From assembly GCA_951406725.2 (NCBI GenBank), contig OX597826.1, positions 31,310,001-31,374,000 on the forward strand: 64,000 bases of DNA. Direction: 5' to 3'. The stretch comes from Octopus vulgaris (taxonomy: Eukaryota). The notes beneath the pieces are model-generated. The model worked only from the letters and a program-made list of their open reading frames with translations. It made no database searches and was not told where the DNA came from. Every line of letters begins with the position of its first letter. Within the stretch, counting starts at the first letter, position 1. Made by a program: the position numbers and the translations under genes. Of this stretch, positions 36,358-48,181 are shown piece after piece.

Positions 36358-38065
36358 GTAAGTATCGAATTATTAAACAAAAAATTAAAATTTAAATGGT
36401 TATAATATATCAAACTTAGTATTGCATCAAATAGGTCCAGTTTTAAATTATTTTATACGAATATTAATTAATGACCATCCCAGTCATAAGTTGAATAATA
36501 AATTTGGTCAGGAAATCCAGAATGTCTGGCAAGAGTAGAAATGCAGAGTTTTATAACTGTTCACCCAATTTTGTATACTAAACAAGGGTAGACACCATTT
36601 ATTGAAGCAGATTTTCTACAGCCGGATGCCCTTTCCATCACCAACCTTTACTTGTTTCCACAGAATATTGGAAATGAATGACACTGCTTGTTGGATGGTG
36701 ACAATCATTTACAAGCGTCAGGCTATATCAAGACAAGGAGACACAGACACATATATATGACAAGCTTCTTTCAATCTACCAAACCCAATCACAAGGCCCT
36801 GGTTGTCCTCGGGCTACAATAGAAGATGCTCATGCCCAAAGTGCCATAGAGTGGGACTGAACCTAGAACCGCGTGGCCTAAACCTTGTGAATGGATTTGG
36901 TAGATAGAAACTGAAAGAAGCCTACTGTGTGTATTTGTGTAGCCATCACCTGTTGGTTGTAAATAAGCATCAGTTTCATAGTTCCTTCCCAGTTTTCTGT
37001 GAAAAATATATTACCTTGCTTGGAAACAAATGGGGTTTGGTGAAAGAAAGGGCATCTGGTCTTAGAAATCTTGCCTCAGTGTGTTCTTTCTTACTCTAGG
37101 TACCAGGCCTGAAATTTTGGGGGCGGGGGCTAGCTGATTAGATCAACCCCAGTCTGCAACTGGTACTTAATTTATTGACCCCAAAAGGATGAAAGGCAAA
37201 ACCAACCTCAGTAGAATTTGAACTCATAACGTAAAGACAGACGGTGTGCTAACGTTTCTGCCAGCTCGCTGCCTTTGTTTCAGTATATTCTGTGAGACCC
37301 ATGCAAGCATAAAGACATTGGCATTAAAAATGGTATCTTCAAACATGTTGAGCAACTAGTGGACATACCAACATCACCACTGCTTTGCTCAAGACATTGG
37401 CCAGACCCAGGGCTATAGAGAAGACACACAAGGTACTGTTCTGTGGGACTGAACACAAACTCCCATACTTAACAAAGAAGAGATGACAAAGAAATAAACG
37501 ATTACCTCATGAACTGCCTTAGCTCACAGCTGTTTCCACTACAAATTGAGGTGGACTCATAGTTGAGTGTATATATTAGTGACAGGTAGTATTAATAGTG
37601 AGAGGTAATATTTATTCCCACTTAAACATAAATGTTCTGTTAGAACAAGCTATACTGTGGTGGATATCATGAGGGAAACCCTCATATAGGCTTTTGATGC
37701 TGGATACATGCTTGTTTATATTGCTAGCATGGAAAACAGACATTAAACGATGATGATGACTGATGTTGGTGTTTCATAACTGGCACATAAAAAGCTCCCA
37801 CTACACTCTTGGAGTGTTCGGCCTTAGGAAGGACATCCAGCTGTAGAAATCTTACCAAATCAGATTGGAACCTGATGCAACTCCCCAGCTTACCAGTTTT
37901 TAGTCAAACTGTCCAACCCATGCCAACATGAAAAACGGATGTTAAATGACGATGATATTATATATAATGTAATATGGTAAAACCTTTTCAAAAATAACAT
38001 CTAGATACTGTGTTATATATTATTTAAATTGCTTTTTTTTTTTTGTTTCAATTCTTTCATTGCAG

Positions 38066-38115
38066 CCAAGTTACTGTACAAAGACGTTTTGCTCCAGTGG
38101 AGACCAGTACGATAA
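38066..38115 (+). CDS. NDUFC2: NDUFC2 exon 3 (KLLYKDVLLQWRPVR*)
   Basis: ttgcag| acceptor; stop TAA; AATAAA at 38179..38184. Confidence 0.92.
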
Positions 38116-38510
38116 ATTTTTATGCCAGACCATTTTCCTGCAGAACTAATAACTTTTATTGTATAAAGTTTAATTTAAAATAAAATAAAAAAAGAAAGCA
38201 CATGTACATTTAGAAAATTGTGTTATTTTATGAATACATTGTTTTGAGAAAACATCAAGTTTGTTTCGTGATTTTGTAAAAAAAAAAAAAAAAAAATTCT
38301 GGGATAATTTCTTTCTTCTTTAAAAAGAAGGGATTTCAATCACTCATCGGTCAAGAGTCACATTTATGTTTCACATTCATACCAACTCACACTGTGACAA
38401 ATGTATTGAAGGTTTCCATATTTTGTTTGGAAACTATTTCTAGAGAAAATATGGAGGGCCTTGTGCACTATTTTGAATGGAAAGTAAGTGTTACAGGAAC
38501 TAGAGGTGTC

Positions 38511-38555
38511 TCAGTTATCTTCCTCCATCTGTTGAGAACTTCTCCGGTTTTGACG
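38511..38555 (-). CDS. DLGAP5: DLGAP5 last coding exon (RQNRRSSQQMEEDN*)
   Basis: Strong polypyrimidine tract plus ccacag| acceptor, phase 0, TGA stop. Confidence 0.72.
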   Translation of the reverse strand, partial: RQNRRSSQQMEEDN

Positions 38556-39432
38556 CTGTGGAAACAAGAAAAAGATAGATAGATGAAAATGTCAAAAATA
38601 AGGATTTGTTATAGGACTACAAACAAGGATTAGGTAAATCTAACCAAAAAGACCCTGGCATATAGGTCAGATCAGGTCTGGGGGTGTGTGCTGTTGTAGC
38701 ACTTTGTTGCATTCCCCATTTATTTTGCTCAGGGTTGTCCTGGGCAACAAAGCAGTATCCCAGTCAGTCCCGTTTGCGAGACATTTCACCTACTCTGACC
38801 AAGAGACATGTGGCCAACCAACACGAACTACCACCCAAGCTGCGTCCTCAGAGAAAAGAACACAATACACAAGATCCAATTCAGAAAATTTGTTTTGTCA
38901 GGTTTTCCAGAATATACAAACCTGTTAATTATTAGACCAACCCACAAAAGAATGGAAGGCAAAAGGGATACAAATGGGGTTGGAACCGTGAAAGGGCAAA
39001 AATTAAGTAATGTAAAATAGTTTCCCAGCATTTTAACCTATGTGCTAAAACAATAATTTCTTACAAAGAACAAAACAAATTAAATGTTGTGATGCTGTCT
39101 GTATGTTGCAAAAGATGTGCCATAGTAGTTCCATGTCATGCACACAGAGACAATATTTTAAAGGTAGGGAACAGTTAATTAATCTGATTTCAATAATTGA
39201 TTGGTTTTTGTTATTGACAAGCCCCAGGAAGAAGAACTTTGATGTAACATGAAACATGCTTATGCTTTATGTATGTTTTAATATCAAACTACACGGCTAG
39301 TGTAAACATTATATTTATGAAGCAGTATTTTAAAACTGAAGTATTTCAGATAGTTTTCTTTTTCCTCTTGTCTCACCTAACCTCGATACAACCTACCCCA
39401 GACAGGCAAATATATAAACACAGTGAACTTAC

Positions 39433-39566
39433 AGAACGGATTGGTGTATAGCCAACTTTCAGCTTTCCAAATCTCGGTTGTTTTTTGCTACTCTGCTCTA
39501 TGGTCTCTGTACAATCAACATTTGGGCTGATGGGATATAATACTGTGGTCAAATCACCTGCAGGTG
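39433..39566 (-). CDS. DLGAP5: DLGAP5 penultimate exon (PAGDLTTVLYPISP...GYTPIRS)
   Basis: TCT|GTAAGT donor; acceptor is either ttaaag| (exon start 39566) or an in-frame ctgcag| 9 nt downstream. Confidence 0.72.
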
Positions 39567-41411
39567 CTTTAATCAAAAGAAAAATAAATAAATAAGATTA
39601 TAACTTCTTCAAAAATTGTACACTAACTCACAAGGCAAATCAATTATTGAGACAAAGGGCAAATGTTGGGAACTAAAACAAAAATAGAAGTCTTAAAGAA
39701 CTCATCAAAAGTACTTGCAGTTATTTAATCCTTTCATTATTATATTTCTAAAATATTCCTGAATTTAGTTTGGCTTCACAAAACTAAAACTTTCATTTTT
39801 ACAGCTATCTATGAATGGTTGTATATACAATGCTGGCAGGCAAATTATCTTGGACAAAATCTTACTTTATCTTGCAAATGGCTGTTTTAACTGAGTTCTG
39901 CTTCAGTTGCATGTACTGGATTATTTATTCAGCTCAGCAGCTATTTGCATTTGTTTCCTCTATCAGAGGTGACAAATCTCATCTAGGTATGTGACCAGTT
40001 GCGAGTACACATCATTGACAAGGTCCAAGAAGGCTGAAGTGCATCTGGCATCCTCACTGTCCACTGCTAAGTTTTCATGTGTTCAAGAGAATTTATTTCA
40101 GACAAGACAGACAGTAATTTCCCTTCCAGTGGTGTATATACAAAGTATGATACATAGATGACTAATGGAACTGGATACTGCTTCAATTTAGTACACCAGG
40201 TTTTTTTTTTATGCATTATTTATTAAATGTATTAAAGTGGCATTTGGAAAACTTACTGGGTTCTACAATGTGTCTCTTAGAGAAATTTTCTGAAATGAAA
40301 TGATACAATTAGTGCTGTTCCACATTTCTATATACATTATGTTATATATACCAGTATGTTAATCCAAAGTTGTTTCAAGTGTATCATCATTATTTAGCAT
40401 CTGTTGTCCATGCTGGGATGAGCTGGCACGCAAGAAGGCTGCACGAGGATCCAGTCTGATTTGGCATGGTTTTCTACGGCTGGATGCTCTTTCCTAACAC
40501 CAACAACCCCGAGAGTGTAATGGGTGCTTTTAGGTGCCATTTGCATGACACCAGTATCTGCCATGACTGCGATTCTGCTCGGCTTGATGGGTCTTCTCAA
40601 GCACGACATGCCTATATGAATTTAATTCTAACCTGGACAGGCTTTCACACAAATCATTAGATGTTTTGTTTAAAGATTTCTATATTGAGACACACATTTT
40701 TTGACTTAGCTCAGAACATCCAGGGTTTTTGTCACTGGTGATATGAAATCAGATTGAAACCTCAATTACCCCAGTGTTCAAGTGGTACTTATTAAATAAG
40801 TGCTTACACCCAGAAAGATGAATGGTGAATTCTAGAGAGGTTTGAACCTCATAGATAATAGAAAGGAAATGTAAAACAATAATGTTTCTGATTTAGACGC
40901 AAGACCTGCAACTTTAAAGGGAGGGATTAAATTGATACCATCAACCCCAGTACTTGACTAGTGCTTTATTTTATTAACCCTGGAGGGGTGAAAAGCAAAC
41001 ATGACCATTGCAGGATTTGAACTCAGTATAGCATTGGAAGAAATACAAAGCCTTTATTCTTTTCTACTCTAGGCACAAAGCCTGAAATTTGGGGGGAGGG
41101 GGCTAGTCGATTAGATCGACACCAGTATGCAACTGGTACTTAATTTATTGACCCCAAAAGGATGGAAGTTAAAGCTGAGCTCGTCGGAATTTGAACTCAG
41201 AATGTAAAGCCAGACGAACTACCGCTAAGCATTTCGCCTGGCATGCTAACGTTTCTGCCAGCACAATGATGTCTAACAGTGGCCCCAATGCCACAAATCT
41301 TGGAAAGTTGATTTAAATTAACTCCTGTACTTCACTGCTACTTATTTTGAAGAACCAAACAGCAAAGCTATGGGTACCCCCAATTACAATTGCAATAAAG
41401 TCTTCACTCAC

Positions 41412-41482
41412 TCGAGCAGTTCTCCTCCTCCTCTGTAACAGAATCTGCAAATGCAACAGACTTTGGTCTTTTCATACTTTTC
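41412..41482 (-). CDS. DLGAP5: DLGAP5 exon (KSMKRPKSVAFADSVTEEEENCS)
   Basis: ctgtag| acceptor, A|GTGAGT donor; KSVAF resembles the PP1-docking RVxF consensus. Confidence 0.78.
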
Positions 41483-41586
41483 CTACAGCAAAAAGAAAAA
41501 GAAAAGATAAGAACATTATTGAAATATCATCACTTTTTGTGTTCATTTTTCTTCTCTTCCAATACATGTTTAACAAATATGAAATA

Positions 41587-41988
41587 CTAGCAGTATCGCC
41601 CGGCGTTGCTCGGATTTGTAAGGGAAATAACTATAAAGCATTTTTAGAGAGTTATAGCCCAAAAATAGCAAAAAAAATGCATTAAAAATGGAAAAAAAAT
41701 TATGGTAAATTTTTTTTTAATCGTTGACTCATCGTAGACATTTTTAGAGAGTTACTTCCCTTATATAATAGCGAAAAAAATGCATTAAAATGGAAAAAAA
41801 TGATGGCAAATTATTTTTTAAATCGTAGACTCATCATAGACGTGCACTAATACCCAGAAGGGCTCGATATGAATCACGACTATAAGATACTCGCTTTTGG
41901 TTACACTGCACCGCAAAATGTGGGAGTAGTTAGGAATCTAAATCGTAGGAGACAGACACTCACACAACTTCACTTTTATATATAAAGA
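41587..41988 (-). mobile_element. Non-autonomous Helitron, copy 1
   Basis: Minus strand A|TC start; 3' GC hairpin CCGagcaacgcCGG then CTAG|T; internal ~100-bp tandem duplication. Confidence 0.8.
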
Positions 41989-42189
41989 TATAATCTACCT
42001 TTGGATCTGGCTCCTATGTTATTTCATCTGAGACCAAATTATCAACACCTAGTCTTTCCAGATTTATCTTTGGTATGACCATATTCTATCGGCACTTCAA
42101 TAGAAGTACACGTCACACAACACAACACACATATATATGAACTGATTGTGGACAATGCTGCATGGCATTCAGGTAAAAATAAGCCCAGG

Positions 42190-42419
42190 ACATCACCAAT
42201 GAGTGAAAAATACATAAACACACGAGAGATAAGTACAAGACAAAATACCTAAAGAAGTTAACTCTTTGTCAGTTGTCAACCATTTTACTACTCCCTATTT
42301 CATGCTTTCAATGACAAATAGAGAGTAGTAAATCAACAACTGACGAGTTTTCTTCTTTTAGTATTTTGTCCCATACTTATCTCTCATGTATTTATGTATT
42401 TCCCACTTGCTGGTGATGT
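42190..42419. repeat. Imperfect inverted repeat (fold-back)
   Basis: acatcacca...aaatacataaa...gagagataagta...gacaaaatac pairs with gtattttgtc...tacttatctctc...tttatgtattt...tggtgatgt. Confidence 0.85.
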
Positions 42420-42793
42420 ACTGTACTTAATGTGTATTACATATACCCGTTGCCAGGTCATAGTGCTAGTGCATGCATATACAGCTGCATGCGTGTGCAC
42501 ATACACACGAGTACTGTCCAAATCTCCAACCAATCACATACAGCTAGCTGGCATTCAATTGGCGTATCGAGTTTCGGGCATTTTGATTGGGTTTTGGATA
42601 GAAAATTCACAAAAAGTCACTTCTATTGATTTTTAAATAGTTTTGCGGGGTGACTGGGGAAATGTAAAGATGTGCACGACCACCCTTGGACGGTTTTGAA
42701 TGACCATAGAAAGTGCGAGCCCGCTAACTGAAAGATTGTGGATTTGTATAAAGGACACACACACAGACAGACATTTTGCCATTTATATATATA

Positions 42794-43180
42794 CTAGCAG
42801 TATCGCCCGGCGTTGCTCGGGTTTGTAAGGGAAATAACTATATAAGCATTTTTAGAGAGTTATAGCCAAAAAAATGCATTAAAAATGGAAAAAAAATTAA
42901 GGTAAATTTCTTTTTAAATCGTTGACACATCGTAGATATTTTTAGAGAGTTACTTCCCTTATATAATAGCGAAAAAAATGCATTAAAATGGAAAAATATG
43001 ATGGTAAATTTTTTTAAATCGTAGACTCATCGTAGACGCGCGCTAATACCCAGAAGGGCTCGATATGACTCACGACTATAAGATACCCGGTTTTGGTTAC
43101 ACTGCACCGCAAAATGTGGGAGTAGTTAGGAATCTAAATCGTAGGAGACAGACACACAACTTCACTCTTATATATAAAGA
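42794..43180 (-). mobile_element. Non-autonomous Helitron, copy 2 (same family as 41587..41988)
   Basis: A|TC...CCCGAGCAACGCCGGG...CTAG|T; very similar to copy 1. Confidence 0.8.
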
Positions 43181-43292
43181 TATAAGCCACGTAGTTATAT
43201 ACACATACTTTGTTATATACGCATTCTTAAAAGAAAATGTTATTTTGAATACAACATTTATAAAGAATAAAATATTTTTTGGTTTTTCTTAA

Positions 43293-44870
43293 CCCTTTCG
43301 TTACTATATTTCTGACCAAAATACACCCCTTATGTGTTTCAATTAATTTCTAACGTAATCATTAATTTAGTCTGGTTTCATTAAACAACTATAACTTTTT
43401 TATTTATCAATATATTAATGTGATTTTTGGAAGATAATTTAATGAAATGTCCTCAACCAATTCTATACTATAATTTTTGTCACAAAGTGACTCTAATTGC
43501 AGGTAGATACAGGTAAATTCAACAATATATAAAATTATTAAAATTTTGTTCAAACATCGCTATAGAAAATGGGTTATTAGCTAATATTCAATTGGGTATA
43601 CAACAAAATTTTATGATAAAATTTGTTATTCTGGGTAACTTTCTGTAAAATTATTAAAATTTTGTTCAAACATCGCTATAGAAAATGGGTTATTAGCTAA
43701 TATTCAATTGGGTATACAACAAAATTTTACAATAGAATTTGTTATTCTGGGTAACTTTCTGTAAAATTATTAAAATTTTGTTCAAACATCGCTATAGAAA
43801 ATGGGTTATTAGCTAATATTCAATTGGGTATACAACAAAATTTTACAATAGAATTTGTTATTCTGGGTAACTTTCTGTAAAATTATTAAAATTTTGTTCA
43901 AACATCGCTATAGAAAATGGGTTATTAGCTAATATTCAATTGGGTATACAACAAAATTTTACAATAGAATTTGTTATTCTGGGTAACTTTCTGTAAAATT
44001 ATTAAAATTTTGTTCAAACATCGCTATAGAAAATGGGTTATTAGCTAATATTCAATTGGGTATACAACAAAATTTTACAATAGAATTTGTTATTCTGGGT
44101 AACTTTCTGTAAAATTATTAAAATTTTGTTCAAACATCGCTATAGAAAATGGGTTATTAGCTAATATTCAATTGGGTATACAACAAAATTTTACGATAGA
44201 ATTTGTTATTCTGGGTAACTTTCTGTAAAATTATTAAAATTTTGTTCAAACATCGCTATAGAAAATGGGTTATTAGCTAATATTCAATTGGGTATACAAC
44301 AAAATTTTACAATAGAATTTGTTATTCTGGGTAACTTTCTGTAAAATTATTAAAATTTTGTTCAAACATCGCTATAGAAAATGGGTTATTAGCTAATATT
44401 CAATTGGGTATACAACAAAATTTTACAATAGAATTTGTTATTCTGGGTAACTTTCTGTAAAATTATTAAAATTTTGTTCAAACATCGCTATAGAAAATGG
44501 GTTATTAGCTAATATTCAATTGGGTATACAACAAAATTTTACGATAGAATTTGTTATTCTGGGTAACTTTCTGATACCCATAATAATATTTATGGCAAAA
44601 TAGGCCTTAATTTCATTTAAGGTTGTGGGAAATAACAAACTATCCTTTCTTTCGTTTTGTTTACGTTTCGTTTCTGCCGTAATGATTTCAAATGGGCTCA
44701 TTCGAAAAAGTAAATAGAAATAGTCTAAGGCTTTACTCTTCTGGGAAAGTCTGTGGCTTGGTGCAGTTTCTTCAGAAAAATCACCGAAAGAAACAGTTTT
44801 TAAATTTTCACTCCATTCAGGTACCAATTCGTTTTCTTTATCGCTGTCGGATTCACTGTTTTCACTTTAA
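43293..44870 (-). mobile_element. piggyBac-derived element remnant (transposase fragment plus one terminus)
   Basis: TTAA|CCCTTT end at 43289-43298. ORF 44516..44827 ALDYFYLLF...IITAETKR...TTLNEIKAYFAINIIMGIRKLPRI resembles the PGBD transposase N-terminal motif (EIKAFxGxxIxMG). The second end was not found. Confidence 0.75.
43531..44573. repeat. Tandem satellite, 116-bp unit x9, near-identical
   Basis: Unit starts at 43531, 43647, 43763 ... 44459 (aaaattattaaaattttgttcaaacatcgctatag...gggtaactttctgt). Confidence 0.95.
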
Positions 44871-45280
44871 TAGCTGCAAACTTGCAAAGACAAAGGAGGA
44901 GAAGGGTGATAGCGTCAGTGAAACAATTCGCTCCCTTTGTGTGTGTGTGCGTTTGCGTGTGGTGTAAACCACATTAAGAAAAACATTTGACATACACACC
45001 AGAATGTGAGTTTTCTGTAAATTTTGCTTAATTGGAGTTTAAATTTTAAAAACTGGACCTGGCATGACCCGATGCATTCTACTCTTAAAAATGCTAGGTA
45101 AATTGTAATTGAAGAAATCCTATATTGTAGATTTCTATAACTTACAAAGGGAGGCAGATAAAATCTGCCTTTTATAATAAGAGATATATATATATAGGTA
45201 AAACAAAAGCTAAGGGAGGAAGGGGAGGCAGAAACACTCCCAAGCATACATACGTATGTACATTTAGAGAAACAGCTTAC

Positions 45281-45425
45281 CTCTTTGATGTCATGGGTGT
45301 TTGAAAGTCTATCAGATTCATATCTGCATGATTCTCAACTTTTGTAGAACATGGTTCAACATGGAACACAGACAGTCTTGCAATCCGTGTGGAACGACGA
45401 CTGCCACTTTGAGCCCCTGGCGTCA
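45281..45425 (-). CDS. DLGAP5: DLGAP5 exon (TPGAQSGSRRSTRIARLS...NLIDFQTPMTSK)
   Basis: aaatag| acceptor, AG|GTAAGC donor. Confidence 0.8.
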
Positions 45426-46783
45426 CTATTTCAAAGAGTGAAAATTACTGTTTAAAGAGGTTTCAGATGAATTTGAGACATATTTGTTTTAAAGCATATA
45501 GACAAAAACATTTATGAAAACAAGTCACTACAGTCACTGAAATTGCTAGAAATAGATAGATAGATATGGGGAATATGTTCAGTATGGAGCTGGGAACACC
45601 ATACCTGAAATCAGGGCTGAGGAATCGAAACAAAAAAATTTCAACTCCGACTCCTGTACTATTGGCACATGACTCTGACTCCTCTTTATGTAATTAATTG
45701 ATTGTGGTCTACATATTCCATAAAGCATATGCATACACACAAGTTTGAGTAAGCCTATATGTTATAACTGGTGTATATTAAAGAATAAAGATATTATGAG
45801 TCGGAATGAGAGTCAATATAGTTTTACCAACTCCGGCTACCCCTTAATTGTTTCAGACTCCAGCTATCCAATGGTTAAAATGCATATTTTATACATGCAC
45901 TGGGCAGAATAGATGTGTTTATTAGCAGCAAAAAGCCTCATGGAGAGCATATCTGTTGCACAGGTCCAGGGACAATAATGGGTGGATTCAGATCATCAAA
46001 GGCATATTGTGTGAACATGTCTGGTTCAGTGGTCAGGGTATTTAGCTAATGATCGTAAGTTCAATTCCCAGAAATGCATTGTGTCCTTGAGCAAGACACT
46101 TTATTTCATGTTGTTCCTGTCCATTCAGCTGGCAAAAATGAATGCTGCAACTTCCCAAGAACTACATCAAGTGTACATGTCTGTGGAGTATTCAGCCACT
46201 TGCACATCAATTTCATGAGCAGGCTGTTCTATTGACTGAATCAACTGGGACCTTCGACATCGTAACCAACAGACTAAGCTGGGTGGGACTGGTGTCACGT
46301 ATCATATGTTGGGTGTATGCACGTACATGTTTAATTTTGATGCAATGTGGTTAATTTTGGGCAATGTTTTAGGTTTATAGTAGATTCCAGTGTTGGTGCG
46401 TATGTGTGTGTGTGCGTAGGTTGATAAATAAACAGAGAGAAAGAGAGATCCTAATTTGTCAAATGTTTGAAAAAAATAAAATAAAAGTTGTATCCAGATA
46501 GTTCTGCTTTCTTCATTATAGTGTTAGACAAGTTTAAAAAGTTTAAAACTATCTTAAATTTTACAAAACATGTCAATTTATCACACCATTTTCAATTCTC
46601 ACAGCACCACCAACATCCACAACAACAACGTGATTGTTTTCAGGCTGTAACTCGTTAACTGAGTGATAGGTTGACCCATATTACAACCCCACAATCACTG
46701 TACCTTAATTAACAAACACCATACCTTCACACTATTTCTCCTAAATCAATCATTGTCTTAAGAGATGATTTGGTTTTACTTAC

Positions 46784-46912
46784 ATCCACCCCTGGACCTT
46801 CTTTTTGTTGCCGGGGTCTTTTTCTCAGTGGTACTTTCACAATTAAGACTGGCATGTTCAGACAAATCAACCAGCTGTCCAACCGGTACACAATCTTTGG
46901 TGTTTGTAGAAT
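46784..46912 (-). CDS. DLGAP5: DLGAP5 exon (DSTNTKDCVPVGQLVDLSE...RRSRGG)
   Basis: attcag| acceptor, T|GTAAGT donor; symmetric phase 1. Confidence 0.75.
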
Positions 46913-48110
46913 CTGAATAAAATTTAACAGAAAATACACATTACATTTTGAAATTTAAAGTAATAAAAACAGGATGAAAACACACACAGTTTTACATACC
47001 CATTGCTGTGGCTCTAGTGAAGCTAAGGAGATGGAAATGTTTCCATGGAGAAAATGTTTTACCGCTATTTTTTTTCAGTTACAGTCATGGCTTGGATCAA
47101 TGAACATCATGCATTTATTGTGCATTTATTGCATTTATTGATAAGAGCTGGCAAGTTAGGGGGTTATGTTAAGTTCTATTGGCTGTTTCGGCATGGTTTC
47201 TACAGCTATATACCCTTCCTAACACCAACTACTTTCCAGAGTGTACTGAGTGACACCAGCAAAGACAAAGTGTCTTTGAGTGGTGGGGAGTAGTAATGAG
47301 GGAGGTGGCTTTGTACTGGTTGATGAGAGATTAAAATAGAAAGATAGAGATAGGAGTCTTGCTGTAGAAGAGCTACAAGGATATCTGTCGGAGAAGGAGA
47401 CTTAGAGAGAAAAAGAGAGAGATGATGGTGGATATGTGCCGGGGACATGCCCTTTAGGCACCATGGGGGAGAATATAGGTAGAGCGATACAGAGGATTGG
47501 GCTGGGCAGGGATATATTATATAGAAATAAAACTATTTTTGATGGTGTACAGAGTAGTACATTGATAATAATAATAAGATTAGTCAGAAGAAATGAATGG
47601 AATTGTCCTTTAGATTATTTAAACACAAGTACAGAAACTCTTCAAATTTTCCAAGGAAATAAAATGAAATAAAGTAATATAAAGTAGAGTTAAGGTTAGG
47701 GTTTTAAGAATTATTTTGTCTAACGTTTGAGAATGTTTTGTGTGTGTGTGTGTGCATGTGTACACACTACATACTTAAACACACTCTTCCAAGTGCAGCA
47801 TAGCTTAAGAAAACATCACAGCAAAATGGATATCTTACGACTATCAGGGATGAAACAAATACAAATTTAATGTAGATGTAAGGATTAGAAAATTTTACAA
47901 TTCCTAAAGATTATATTAACAAACCCCGCAAAGTAATATCCTCACAAATAAAGCCCTCAGCAGCAACGTCCTGTAATATATTAGAGCAGAGTGAAGAGAT
48001 TTCGAAAGGCAAAAATACATGGCTTGTTAAAAAAAAAACAAGAAACAAAATATAGTGGGTAACAGACAAAAGTCGAGTGGGAAGTACAATAATAAACTAA
48101 TGCCACCTAC

Positions 48111-48181
48111 CTTTACTGGGCGATTTGGGAAATGATTCCATTGCAGAAAGTCTCCGGCTGACTCTCTGAGAACGTCTTCTG
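48111..48181 (-). CDS. DLGAP5: DLGAP5 exon (RRRSQRVSRRLSAMESFPKSPSK)
   Basis: AAG|GTAGGT donor; acceptor ambiguous by multiples of 3 nt (AAG CAG AAG). Confidence 0.75.

Larger units (their letters stand above)
30889..38115 (+). other. NDUFC2: Gene model: NADH dehydrogenase [ubiquinone] 1 subunit C2 (B14.5b); CDS join 30889..30994,36214..36357,38066..38115; 99 aa
   Basis: Spliced protein ...NRPVYAGIQRHIAFGLIGLYLG...YIEDYMAKHPERFPEAPKLLYKDVLLQWRPVR* matches NDUFC2 hallmarks (RP..AG..R, YMK.HPEDFP, terminal P.R). Confidence 0.93.

Noticed and set aside
43531-44573. CRISPR-like array
   Set aside because: Units are contiguous and near-identical with no unique spacers, there are no cas genes, and the context is a eukaryotic intron.
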